Notes: generated from the sequence alone by a model not told the origin. 64,000 nucleotides of DNA from an uncultured Verrucomicrobiae bacterium (GCA_963769025.1 CAVYKI010000012.1:352001-416000); one strand, 5' to 3'. Numbered from the stretch's first letter, positions 34,418 to 44,962 are shown. Numbers and translations are program-made.

Positions 34418-37400
34418 CTACTTTCGCCCGTAACACGTCACTTTGCCATCGACACTTGCGACGTAGAGGCGGCCTTGCGCGACGGCCATGCCGTCCCACA
34501 CGGGCGGGCTTTCGAGCTTCACCTCGGCGCCGATGTCGCCCTTCGCGGTGTTCATCGCGAGCACGCTGCCGCCGCTCTTTCCCTCGAGCGCGTCGTCCTG
34601 CGCGGCGAGTTCCTTGTACACGGCGGGATCCTTTTTCGACATGCGCTCGAAGGCGTATTCCTCGTCGATCATGTCGGGCGGGCCGCTCACGAAAATCGTG
34701 TCCTTCGCCATGCACATCGCGCGGGCGAAGACGGGCGACTGCTGGTTCCACTGGTGTTCGACGAAGCTGCCCTTTGCCGGACCCGCGGGCCTGGCGGCGC
34801 CCGGAGCGGCGGGCTTCGCGGACGCGCCGGCGAGGATGCTCGGTGCGCCGCCCGCTTTGCGGAACCACAGCGCCGCGCCGAGCTTGCCCTTGCCGGTCTC
34901 GACTCCGCTCATCGCGCCGAGGAGCACGCCGCCCGCGTCGTCTTTCGCGTTGCCGTTGTCGAAGCTGCACGCGAGGAGCGCGCCGTTGCCGCGCTGCGAT
35001 GAAATTCGCGCCGTTCGCGTGCTCGATGATTTCGCCGACGGTGAGCGCGCTTGCCGCCAGATCGCGAACTGATCGAGCATGCCGGTGTAGGGCGCGTCCT
35101 TGCCGTATTCGCTCACGAGCGATCCGCCTGCCGTGCCGATGGAGAGACCCTGCTTCGGTGCGCCCGGGATGAAGCCGGGCGCCTTCGCCTCGGCGGCGAG
35201 CTGGCCGTCCACGTAGAGCTGCACTTTTTTCTCCGCGGTGAGCACGCCCGCGATGTGATGCCAGCCCTGATCGAGCGCGCGCGCGGATTGCGCGGTGCCG
35301 GTCTGCTGGTTCGCGCGTACGGAAAATGCCGGGCGTCCTCCTTCGAGCGCGAGCGCGTAGCCCATGAGTCCGCCGCCCTGCTGGCAGATGACGCCATCCG
35401 GGCCATCGGGCAGAATCCACGCCTCGACGGTGATCGGTTTGCCCGCGATCGCGATTTTCTCACCGTCGAACTTCACACTCGGATCGCCTGCCTTGCCTGC
35501 GGGCGCGGCGTTTCTTCCGGCCTGCTTTTTCTTCCCGCCGCCGGCGCTCGCGGCATCCACCTCCACATCCGGCGCCTCCTTCGACGCCGAGAAGAGCTGA
35601 TGCTCCATCGTGGTCGTCCACTTGTAATACTGCGGCATGCGCGCGTAGCCGTACACGTTCTTGTCGTCGTGGACGAGGATGCGGCCCTCGGGCGTGTACT
35701 TGCCGGCCTGGAAATAGCCGTTGTGTCCGCCCGCGAAATTCTTGCCGTAGACCCAGTAGCTGCGGTGGAACCACGAGTCGTCGAGGAATCCCATCGGCGC
35801 GAACAGATGCCGCCCGTCGCCCTTCTGCGCGCCGCCCTGCTCGGCGGCATTCGCGCTGATCGGGCCGATCTCGATGCGGTTGCCGTCGGCGCAGGATTTT
35901 CTGCGAGCGCAGATACATCACCTTGCCGTCGCTGGAGAGAATGTCGTTCAGGCCCACGGGCATCTGCAGCGTCTTGTGCCGGTCCTGGAAGTCGCCGCCC
36001 GTCTCGGGATCCTTGTCGTCGTAGACGACCTCGACGAGTTTCTTCCCGGTCGCCGCGTCGAGGCGGAGGAAACGGAGGCCGCCATCGAGAAACACGGAGC
36101 GTCCCGCGACGCAGCTCACGGTGTCATTTTCCACGAGCACGCTGCCGTGGACGGGCCACGCGCTCTCGATCTGCTCGAAGGCGCCGTGCCGGCGTGAATT
36201 CGGCGCGCCCTGGAAACGCCAGATGAGCGCGCCGTCGGTCGCGCGCAGGCAATACACCCAGCCGTCCTTGCCGCCGAAGAGGACGCGGCCCTTCCACATC
36301 GTCGGCGGCGAATCAATGCGCGCGCCGGCGATGAAATGCCACAGCGGCTTTGCCGGTCGCCGCGTCGAGCGCGTGGAGCGTGTGCGCATCGACCTGCGAG
36401 ACGTAGGCGCGGCCGTCCGCGATGGTCATCGCGCTGAGCGGCCGCCGAGATTTGTCTCCCACGCCTTGCCGAGATCCTTCGACGAGCGGCTGGTCGCTCG
36501 CGCCGCTGCGCGCGGCGTCGTGGCGATACGTCGGCCAGTCGCCGGCATCGGCGGCTTTCTCCTCGATCGGCTGGCCCCACGCGGGGCCGTGTTCGAGGCG
36601 CTGCTCGTCGCGGCGCGGTCTTCGGAAATGGCGAAGTCGCCGCGGAGAGCGCGTTGAGTCCGTCGAGCTTCGCCTCGGGGTAGCACGCGCAATTGTGCGG
36701 ACCGGCGTAGGTGAGGCCGTTCGCCGGAAGCACGCCGTAGAGGCACGCGCCGCGCACCCAGTGGTTGAGGTCCCAGTGCTTCTTCTCGATGTCCACGTAC
36801 TCGATGCCGGTGCGCGACGGGATGATGAATTTCTCCGTCGCCTTCGCGATGTAGCAGCGGTGATGGAACCAATAGGTGCCGTCCGGCACATCCGGGCGTG
36901 AACTGCTTCTTCACCTCGCCGGTGCGCGGATCGCGGCCGATGAATTCGCCGGTCTGATTGCCCTGCGTCGTGCCCGCATTCCACACGAGCCCGCCGGCGA
37001 CGATGAGATCCTCCGGCGAACGGTAGCCGGATTTTTCATGCGGCGCCTTCCACAGCTCCTTGCCGGTCTCCGCGTCGAGGCCCTTCTCGGAGCCGTCGCC
37101 GCCCGCGTAGAGCACCGTCTCGCCGGTGAGGAGCACGCGCGGACCGAAGTTGTATTCGAGCAGCGTGCGCTTCGCCGCGGGACCGCTGGCCCACTTCTGC
37201 GCGCCGGTCTTCGGGTCGAGGCAGACGAGCTGCTCGCCATCGTAAAAGACCACGCGCTTGCCGTCGGTCGGAGAGCGTGATCGGCGTGACTTTCGTCTGC
37301 TCCTTTTTCCAGAGCACCGCGCCGGTGTTCGCATCCACGGCCATGAGCGTGCGCGGCTTTTTGTCCCACTCGTACTCCTGCGCGACGCGCTCCTGATCGC

Positions 37401-38378
37401 TCTGGAGCTTCGGCGCGAAATCCTTCAGCGCCCAGTCCGCGGGATTCACGAGCGCGTAGATGACGCCGCCCACGTGCAGGATTTCCTCCGCGCCCTTTGT
37501 CTCCGGAAAAGTGCGGATCACCTTGCCGGTCGCGCCGTCGATCACGCTGATCGGCTCGCCGATGCCCATCGTGACGAAGATGCGATCGCCGTCCGCGACG
37601 AGCCGGCGCGTGAGCTGCGTCGGGCCGGACTTCAGCGGCCACATGTGCTCGCTCCACTTCTCGATGGGCTTCTTCCACAGCACGATGCCGTTGAAGGCAT
37701 CGCGCGCGATCAGGTTCCACTTCGACGGCAGCAGGATCGAGATGCGCGAGCCTTCATCCATGATGTAGTAAAGCCGCCCGCCGCTCGTGACCTGCGCGCT
37801 CAGCGACGACATGCGGTCGTGATGCCGCGACCAGCGCGGACTGCCGACCCACTGCAGCCGCTCCGGCGGCCCGACCTGCGTGTCCTTCGAGACCGCGTTG
37901 CCCTTCGCGTCGTAGTAATAGTGCGTCCACTCATCGAGCGCTGCGGACTTCGTCTTGATCGTCTTCTTCCCGCCGCGATGAGCGCCACGCCATTCGGCAC
38001 GAGCACGCGCTCCACTTCCGCCATCGGCACGCCGCCGAGATCGTCGGCGACGATGAGGTTCACGAGGTTGTCGATGTAGGGCAGCAGCTTGCCGTCGAAC
38101 GTATCCACGCTCACCGGCCCGTACGCGCCCTTCGCAAAAATCGCCTCGCGCGCCTTCGCCACGCGCGCCGCGTCCGTGTCGAGGCCCTGCACCTGGTAGC
38201 TGTCGTTCGCCCGCAGCGCCGCCGTGAGCGAGCCGTCGCCGATGCCGAGCTGCACGACGATGCCGCCTTTCACCCCGGAGTCCGCGAGGATTTTCGCGGC
38301 GGCGGGATCCGGCGCAGCGTGCGCGGACAGGGTGGCGAGACAGAGGAACGCAGCGAGGGGGAAGCGCGGGGTTTTCAC
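34418..38378 (-). CDS. Large secreted protein: methyltransferase-like N-domain, PQQ-like beta-propellers and LamG insert (multiple frameshifts)
   Basis: GGIVVQLGIGDG..VQGLDTD; DEWTHYYYDAKGN and DWPTYRHDAARSG propeller starts; HHRCY and PHNCAC; LamG-like ITVEAWI..WHHIAGV..LYVDG..GMLD; C-terminal SPPVWDGMAVA. Confidence 0.8.
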
Positions 38379-38432
38379 AGTGGTGGAAATAGCACCGCAC
38401 CGCGGGATTGCCCGCGCAAAATGCGTGCGGCC

Positions 38433-39473
38433 CTACTTCACCTGCACCGTCTTGCCCGTCTTCGCGGCCTCGTAGATTGCGCAGATGGTCGCGACGGCGT
38501 TGCGGGCGTCGCTGCCGGGGACGGCGGGCTGGCGTTTCTCGCGGATGGCGTTGCAGAGGTCCTCGAGCTGAAGGCGGTGGCCCTCGGTGCTGATGGCCAT
38601 CGGGTTCGCGACTCCGCCGCCGATGGCGGAAGTGCTGCTCCCTTTGCGGATCTCCTCGTCGCCGGGCTCGGGTTTCTCGAATTCCCAAAACTTGATGGCG
38701 TCGTCCTCGATGATGATGGAGCCCTTGTCGCCGCTCAGCTCGATGCGCTTGTTCCAGCCGGGGTAGGTGCTCGTCGCGCCCTCGACCACGCCGAGCGCGC
38801 CATTCGCAAAGCGCAGCGTGGCGACCGCGGTGTCCTCGACGGCGATGCGCTCGTGGGCGAGCGTGGCGATGTTCGCCTTCACCTCGACAGGGACGCCGAC
38901 GAACCACGTGAGCAAATCAATCGCATGGACGCCCTGGTTCATCAGCGCGCCGCCGCCGTCCATCTCCCAAGTGCCGCGCCAGCCTGCGCTGTCGTAGTAG
39001 GCCTGCGTGCGCCACCACTTCACATACGCGCTCGCCATGGTGAGGCGGCCGAGGCGGCCGGCGTCCACGGCGCGCTTCACCGTGCGCGCGCCTTCGCCGA
39101 AGCGGCTCTGGAAAACGGCCGCGAGGATCGTGCCGCTCGCCTTCGACGCGGCGATGATGGCGTCAATCTTCTCCACCGTGATCTCCATCGGCTTCTCGCA
39201 GAGCACGTGCTTGCCGGCCTTCAGCGCGGCGATGGCGGGCTCGCCGTGCGAACCGCTCGGCGTGGTGATGCACACCGCGTCCACGTCCTTGCGCGCAAAA
39301 AGCTCATCGAGCGATGCGGCAGCGGCGATGCCCCACTTTGCGCAAAAGGGCTCAAGGCCTGCGACGGAGTACGCGGCGGTGAGCTGCGCGCCGGGGATTT
39401 CGCTGATGGCCTGCGCGTGAATGCCGGAGATGTTGCCGGTGCCGACGAGTGCGAAGCGGACTGTTGCTGACAT
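38433..39473 (-). CDS. Gfo/Idh/MocA family oxidoreductase
   Basis: FALVGTGNI Rossmann motif, GKHVLCEKP, GGGALMNQGVHAID. Confidence 0.93.
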   Translation of the reverse strand: MSATVRFALVGTGNISGIHAQAISEIPGAQLTAAYSVAGLEPFCAKWGIAAAASLDELFARKDVDAVCITTPSGSHGEPAIAALKAGKHVLCEKPMEITVEKIDAIIAASKASGTILAAVFQSRFGEGARTVKRAVDAGRLGRLTMASAYVKWWRTQAYYDSAGWRGTWEMDGGGALMNQGVHAIDLLTWFVGVPVEVKANIATLAHERIAVEDTAVATLRFANGALGVVEGATSTYPGWNKRIELSGDKGSIIIEDDAIKFWEFEKPEPGDEEIRKGSSTSAIGGGVANPMAISTEGHRLQLEDLCNAIREKRQPAVPGSDARNAVATICAIYEAAKTGKTVQVK

Positions 39474-39647
39474 GATTTGAGTGAAAGGGTGAGGGTTGCG
39501 TGCTCTGCGGATCTGACTGGCGGCTAGTGAATGGTGAATGGTGACTTCGTTGCGAGCGCAAATCGCGAGACCGCGCGCGGAGCAGCGGCACGGCAACCGG
39601 TCGCTCTCCACCAGTCACCAGCCACCGTTCCGACCCACACCGCCCGC

Positions 39648-40529
39648 TCACGCCTCCGCGACCCAGCGCTGCAGCGTCGCCATGCAGATGCGGCTCGCGG
39701 GCTCGGCATTTGCGGAAAAGGAATAGCCGGCGGGGAGGTGCTGGATGTCATCATCGAGCGGGATGCTGCGCCAGTGGGTTTCGAGCGAGATCCAGCCGTT
39801 GTAACCGCGCTTCTTGAGATCGCGGATGTGGCCGGGGAAATCGATCGACCCCTTGCCGAGTTCGCAGCATTTCAGCGCGGGCTTCGCGCCGTCGCGCGCG
39901 GCGTCCTTGATGTGGACATGCATGACGTGCTCCGCGACCGCGGGGAAGTCGTCGCGGATGGGATCGTTCGTGCCTTCGAGATAGATGCAGTTGCACGGAT
40001 CCCACACGACTCCGAACTGCGGCGACGCGGGCAGGTGCTTCCAGAATTCCGCGGTCTCCGCGCCGTTGCCGACGATGCAGCTCGACTCGTTTTCGATCCC
40101 GATGCGGATGTTCGTGCCGCGCACGATGTCGAGCAGCTTGGGAAAATGCGACGCGGCGCGCTTCAGGTCGTCGCTCGTCGCGGGGTGCGAGCGGCGGAGA
40201 AATGCGAACACCCGCACGATGTCCGTGCCGAGCACGTGCGCGGCCTCGACGGAATGCTTGAACAGCTCCACGTGCGCCGCGATTTCATCCGGCGCGTCCA
40301 GGTTGCACTTGAAGACCGGCGAAGCGGCGCCCGCGATCGCGAGCCCGGCGTCGCGCGCCGTCTTCGCGATGGTCGTGAGGTCTTCAAAGGTGAGATCCTT
40401 GAACGCGCGGCCGAAGAGGCTGCGGACTTCGATGCCGTCGAGCTTGAACTCCTTGGCGAAGCGAAGCACTTCGTCGAGTTCCTGTGAGACTTCGTCGGTG
40501 AGGATGGCGAGTTTGCACCAGTGGGACAT
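39648..40529 (-). CDS. Sugar phosphate isomerase/epimerase (AP endonuclease 2 TIM barrel)
   Basis: TDE, IGIENE, WDPCN, HVHIKD and ISLETH metal-binding motifs. Confidence 0.9.
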   Translation of the reverse strand: MSHWCKLAILTDEVSQELDEVLRFAKEFKLDGIEVRSLFGRAFKDLTFEDLTTIAKTARDAGLAIAGAASPVFKCNLDAPDEIAAHVELFKHSVEAAHVLGTDIVRVFAFLRRSHPATSDDLKRAASHFPKLLDIVRGTNIRIGIENESSCIVGNGAETAEFWKHLPASPQFGVVWDPCNCIYLEGTNDPIRDDFPAVAEHVMHVHIKDAARDGAKPALKCCELGKGSIDFPGHIRDLKKRGYNGWISLETHWRSIPLDDDIQHLPAGYSFSANAEPASRICMATLQRWVAEA

Positions 40530-40724
40530 GGATGGCAGGGGTGTGGCGTGGGAATGTCGCGGGACGGAGGCGCGCAGTGTTCACATCCCCCTGCCCACTT
40601 CAAGCCCCGCCCCGCTTTTCATCCCGCCGGCGATCGCGGCCCGGACCGCCACGCAGGCACCGCTGCCACAAAATCCTTGGCATCGGGGGGCGGAAAGCGA
40701 CGCTCAGCCGCTACGCGAGAAAAC

Positions 40725-41429
40725 ATGAAACGCCTGTTTCTACACATGCCAAAATGCGCCGGGTCCTCCGTGCGCGAGATGCTGATGAAGGACTCACCGG
40801 ATCTCTTTCATCAGGATTACGGCGATTCGTTTTTCAAGATTCCCCGCCCGCAGAGGAATGACGCGCTGCTGCAAAGCCTGCTCCATCCCGCGCAGGCGCC
40901 GGAGGACAAGATCGTGATCGGCCATTTCTTCCCCGTCAAATACCTCGGCGCGGCCGGCGCCGGCGACACCCGCCTCGTCACCATCCTGCGGGAGCCGCTC
41001 GAACGGCTTCGCTCCCACTACCGCTACTTGTGCGCGGGCGACCATTCGCATCATTACGTCTGGAGGAAGATGCAGGCGGAGAATTGGTCCTTCGAGGATT
41101 TCGCCTTCAGCGCCGAGATGCGGAATTTCTATTCCCAATATTTTTTCGGGCTCTCCCCGGGCGCCTTCACCTTCATCGGGCTGCAGGAAAATCTCGCGCT
41201 CTCCGTCCGCGGATGCTGCGCCGCACTTGGGCTCCCCCTCCCGACGGATCCGGAGGTTCCGCGGATCAATGTGAGCACCGCGGAGGTCCCCGTGAAGCTC
41301 AGCGACGCGACCGCGGGCGAGCTGCGCGACTTCCACGCGGACGACTGCGTGCTCTACCGCTACGCCCAGGAGAAATTTTCCCGGAGCCCCTTCCTCGCCG
41401 ACCCCGCTCCCGCCGGCGCGAAGGCCTGA
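40725..41429 (+). CDS. Sulfotransferase family 2 domain protein
   Basis: 5'-PSB motif FLHMPKCAGSS; 3'-PB motif ILREPLERLRSHY. Confidence 0.85.
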   Translation: MKRLFLHMPKCAGSSVREMLMKDSPDLFHQDYGDSFFKIPRPQRNDALLQSLLHPAQAPEDKIVIGHFFPVKYLGAAGAGDTRLVTILREPLERLRSHYRYLCAGDHSHHYVWRKMQAENWSFEDFAFSAEMRNFYSQYFFGLSPGAFTFIGLQENLALSVRGCCAALGLPLPTDPEVPRINVSTAEVPVKLSDATAGELRDFHADDCVLYRYAQEKFSRSPFLADPAPAGAKA

Positions 41430-41435
41430 GCGCGA

Positions 41436-42689
41436 TCACTTCCCGATGCACCACAGGTGCCGGTGCGTGCGGAGGAAAAGCTGGCCGTCGCTCACGGCGA
41501 GCGAGCTGTTGGTGAGGCCGTCGCCGACGGAGTTCACGGCGAGCTGCTCGTATTTTTCGGGCGACGCCCGAAAGACCACCACGTCGGAATTCTGCGTGAC
41601 GGCGTAGATGCGGTCGCCGCTGCGCACGAGCGAACTCCACGTGTTTGCGCGGCCCGCGGGCGTCTCCATGCGCTCCTTCCAGAGATCCTTTCCGGTCGCC
41701 AGCTCGATGCACTGGATGATGCCCGGCTCGCCGACGAGCCACGCGTGTTTGCCATCGGTGATGTGGCTGCCGATGCGCTGCGGGTTTTTCCTTTCCTGCC
41801 AGAGCCGGTTCTTTTCGGTGATGTCCCCGCTGCCGCCGACCTTGAGCCCGATGCTGATGCCGCTGAAGCCGCCGAAGCCCGCGATCACGCCACTGCCGGT
41901 CACCGGCTCGCAATACGCCAGCGGGTTCAGCCCGTTGCAGTGCCACAGTGCCTTGCCCGTCTTCGGATCGATGCTGAAGACCGCACCGGGCAGCGAGAGG
42001 ATGAACTCCTCGCGGTCGCCGATCTTCACGATGCTCCCCGTATTCCACGATCCGCCGTAGCCCGGCTGCTGGCCGGGCCCTTCCATCACCGCGGGCGGCG
42101 GCACATTGAAGCGCCACACTTCCTTCCCCGTCTTCTTGTCCACGGCGACGATGAAGCTCCGCTCGCCGGGGCCGAAATTCAGGATGCACAGGTCGCCGTG
42201 CAGCACGGGCGAGGCGGCGTAGCCCCAGATGTGTTTCTGCGGGCCGAGATCAATGTGCCACTGCTCCTTGCCATCGAGCGACCAGCACCACAGCCCCGCG
42301 CTGCCGAACCACGCCACCACGCGCTCCCCATCCGTCGCGGGCGAACTGCTGCAGTACGGGTTCGTCTTGTGCGTCACGTCCTCGCCGGTCCACTCGGGGC
42401 CGGCCTGCCAGAGCGTCCTGCCGTCCTTGCGGTCGAGGCACATCAGCGTGCGCTTCGTGCCGACGGCCTGGGTGAGGAAAATCTTCCCGTCCCACACGAT
42501 CGGCGTGCTGTTCCCGCGCTCGGGCAGTTCCACCTTCCACTTCACGCCCTCGGTCGCGCTGAATTTCAGCGGCAGATCCGTCTCCGGCGTCGTGCCGTCC
42601 GCATTCGGGCCGCGCCACGCGGGCCAGTTCCCGGCGAAAGTGGATGCTGCGAGTGCGAGGAACGCGGAGGCGAGGAGGGAGGTGCGCAT
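41436..42689 (-). CDS. PQQ-binding-like beta-propeller protein
   Basis: Signal peptide, NWPAWRGP, GNSTPIVW, SSPATDG, YAASPV and SSLAVSDGQLFLRT. Confidence 0.9.
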   Translation of the reverse strand: MRTSLLASAFLALAASTFAGNWPAWRGPNADGTTPETDLPLKFSATEGVKWKVELPERGNSTPIVWDGKIFLTQAVGTKRTLMCLDRKDGRTLWQAGPEWTGEDVTHKTNPYCSSSPATDGERVVAWFGSAGLWCWSLDGKEQWHIDLGPQKHIWGYAASPVLHGDLCILNFGPGERSFIVAVDKKTGKEVWRFNVPPPAVMEGPGQQPGYGGSWNTGSIVKIGDREEFILSLPGAVFSIDPKTGKALWHCNGLNPLAYCEPVTGSGVIAGFGGFSGISIGLKVGGSGDITEKNRLWQERKNPQRIGSHITDGKHAWLVGEPGIIQCIELATGKDLWKERMETPAGRANTWSSLVRSGDRIYAVTQNSDVVVFRASPEKYEQLAVNSVGDGLTNSSLAVSDGQLFLRTHRHLWCIGK

Positions 42690-42926
42690 GGCGAAGGTGA
42701 TAACCCCGCCGCCCCGCGGATCGCGAGCGCGGAATGCGGCTTCCGCCGAGCAAATGCAAACGCGGGCGGGGCCGACAGATTTGCGAAGGGACATCCCGGC
42801 GAGTCGGGAGCAGGCTGCGAATTTTGAAAGAGTTTCCGTGGCGAAAAGGGGGCGGTCTGCGGGTCTGCAGAGGGCTTCCGGGGCGGGAGCGGGGTCATCT
42901 GCGGAGTTGCCAAGGTCATCCTGTGA

Positions 42927-43125
42927 GCCGATGGTAGCGCTTTCGCTTTAAATAGCGCATTCGGTGCCGCAATGGTAGCGCATTCAGAACGGAATGCATC
43001 GTGGTGTGCCGCAATGGTAGCGCTTTCAGCTCTGCATACATTGTGCGCTTCACTGGATCGGGGATTTCTCGCAGGTCCGAATCATCGTACGCTGCCGCAG
43101 ACGGTAGCGCTTTCAGCTCTGCATA
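42927..43125. promoter_or_regulatory. Cluster of four to five direct repeats with a LacI/cre-like pseudo-palindrome TGGTAGCGCTTTCA
   Basis: Copies near 42932, 42973, 43015 and 43102, plus a partial at 42953; lies in a divergent intergenic region. Confidence 0.6.
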
Positions 43126-43333
43126 GATCGTGAGCCATTTGCGCGACAGTCTTGCAAACCCATCCGCTCTGCATCATAATCTGTGAGCCAATCGTGGCGT
43201 ATCCAATCCTGCAAACCCCCGTCCGCTCCAGCCGGGAGCCCCTTGCAGGTCTGCGAAATGCGGCCCTTTCGCCCACGGAAACGTTGCCTTTTGCCCTGAA
43301 AATGGCACTTTCCCCGGCGTTTTCCTTCTCTGC

Positions 43334-43707
43334 ATGAATCCCGACCCCTCTCGCCTGACCCGGACGCCGCCACGCAGGGCGCGACTGACGCACCCGGCCC
43401 GCTGCGCCCGCGTTTCACCCCGGACCAGTTGCTCCCCGTCATCGGCGAACCGGCGCGGTTCCGCATGCTCGGCATCCTCATCGATGGGGGGCCGCATTCG
43501 GCGACGGAACTCGGCAAGGTGGTCGGAAAATCGCGCATGGCCGCGAGCAAGCATCTCGTGTGGCTGCGCACCGCGGGGCTCATCGAGCCGTGCGCCAACA
43601 AGCAGGACCGGCGGACGACGTGCTTCCGGCTCGTGCCGGAATTCTTGCCCGCGCCCGGCGCGCCGCGCGTGCTGGATTTCGGCTGGTGCGTGCTGCGCTT
43701 CGAATAG
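43334..43707 (+). CDS. ArsR/SmtB-like winged-helix regulator (probable frameshift near the 5' end)
   Basis: IGEPARFRMLGIL..GPHSATELG...AASKHLVWLRTAGLI..DRR; ATG at 43334 needs one frameshift, or a TTG start near 43429. Confidence 0.75.
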
Positions 43708-43728
43708 GCCGCGATTGCAGGCGCCCGC

Positions 43729-43803
43729 TTTTGGACCGCGGCAGTCCCCTGCCGCTTTGGGCACGCGGATGGAAAAGCGCCGGAGGACTGGCGCAGTCCA
43801 AAG
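43729..43803. repeat. REP-like inverted pair
   Basis: ttttggaccGCGGCAGtcccCTGCCGCttt and aaaGCGCCggaggactGGCGCagtccaaa; each is a hairpin and they are inverted to each other. Confidence 0.7.
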
Positions 43804-43899
43804 GCACCCCCGGGACCCGGCCGACCGTGCGCGCGAGGGCGGCGCGCGGTTGACTTTTTCGCGCGGCCCCGCACGGTGCGCGCTGAAATTTCCAAGAGC

Positions 43900-44835
43900 A
43901 TGGCCACTTCAGCAAAAGCGATAGGGATCGATTTCGGCGGGACCACCATCAAGTCGGCGGTCGTGCGCGACGGCGCGGTCCTGGAGCGCGGCGAAGTCAT
44001 CGACACGACGAAGCACAACACGAGCGACGCCATCATCGCCGAGCTGCTGCGCGTCATCGCGGCGATGCGGAAGGCGCACCCGGAGATCGAGGCGATCGGG
44101 ATCGGGCTGCCGGGCTTTGTGGACAGCGTCAAGGGCATCGTCCATGAGCTCACGAATGTGGAGGGCTGGCACGAGGTGCCGCTCGTCGCGCTGCTGCGCG
44201 AAAAGACGGGCCTGCGCTCGGCCATCGAGAACGATGCGAATGCGATGGCGTACGGGGAATTCATCCACGGCGCGGCAAAGGGCGCGCGCAACGCCATCTG
44301 CGTGACACTCGGCACGGGCGTCGGCGGCGGGCTGATCCTCGACGGCCGGCTCTACCGCGGCTCGCGGCTGGCCGCGGGGGAGATCGGGCACATGAGCATC
44401 GATTCGCACGGGCCGCGCGGCGTCTATGGCACGCCCGGCGACCTCGAGACCTACGTGGGCAACCGCCAGATCGCCGAGCGCGCCGAACGCCTCTACACGG
44501 CTTCCGGCCAGCAGCGGCCCTTGGAAAAATGCACGCCCGCCGACCTCGCCGCACTGGCCGGCAAAGGCGACCACATCGCCATCGCCCTCTGGGATGCCAT
44601 CGGCACGGACATCGGTGCGGGACTCGCGGACGGCGTCTGGCTGCTGAACCCGGACACGATCGTCATCGGCGGCGGAATCGCAGCAGCGGGGGAGACGATC
44701 ATCGCGCCGATCCGGCGGACGATTTGCGAGCGGACGAGCGGGATTTTCCACGAGGAATTGCGCGTGGTCCCGGCCAAGCTGGGGAACGACGCGGGGATCA
44801 TCGGCGCCGCGGAATTGGCGCTCGAAACGAAGTAG
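43900..44835 (+). CDS. ROK family sugar kinase (glucokinase-like)
   Basis: IGIDFGGT, IENDANAMAYGE, TLGTGVGGG, AGEIGH and GNDAGIIGAA. Confidence 0.93.
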   Translation: MATSAKAIGIDFGGTTIKSAVVRDGAVLERGEVIDTTKHNTSDAIIAELLRVIAAMRKAHPEIEAIGIGLPGFVDSVKGIVHELTNVEGWHEVPLVALLREKTGLRSAIENDANAMAYGEFIHGAAKGARNAICVTLGTGVGGGLILDGRLYRGSRLAAGEIGHMSIDSHGPRGVYGTPGDLETYVGNRQIAERAERLYTASGQQRPLEKCTPADLAALAGKGDHIAIALWDAIGTDIGAGLADGVWLLNPDTIVIGGGIAAAGETIIAPIRRTICERTSGIFHEELRVVPAKLGNDAGIIGAAELALETK

Positions 44836-44909
44836 AAAGAATTTTGGAAATCTTTTGAACGTCGGGCGCGGGCCGTGGTCATACCTACCGTTACAGTGTT
44901 AGGGTGGTT

Positions 44910-44962
44910 CGGGCCGCTCGACGGAACTCCGGTGGGAGTCCGCGGGCGGCCCGGCATTTTTT
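44910..44962 (+). terminator. Long GC-rich hairpin followed by a T-tract (intrinsic terminator)
   Basis: cgggccgctcg/cgggcggcccg outer stem, cgg/ccg, actcc/ggagt inner stem, ggtg loop, then tttttt. Confidence 0.75.

Noticed and set aside
42920..43230. CRISPR array
   Set aside because: Repeats are degenerate with irregular spacing (~41, 42, 86 nt), some spacers are too short, and no cas genes are present.
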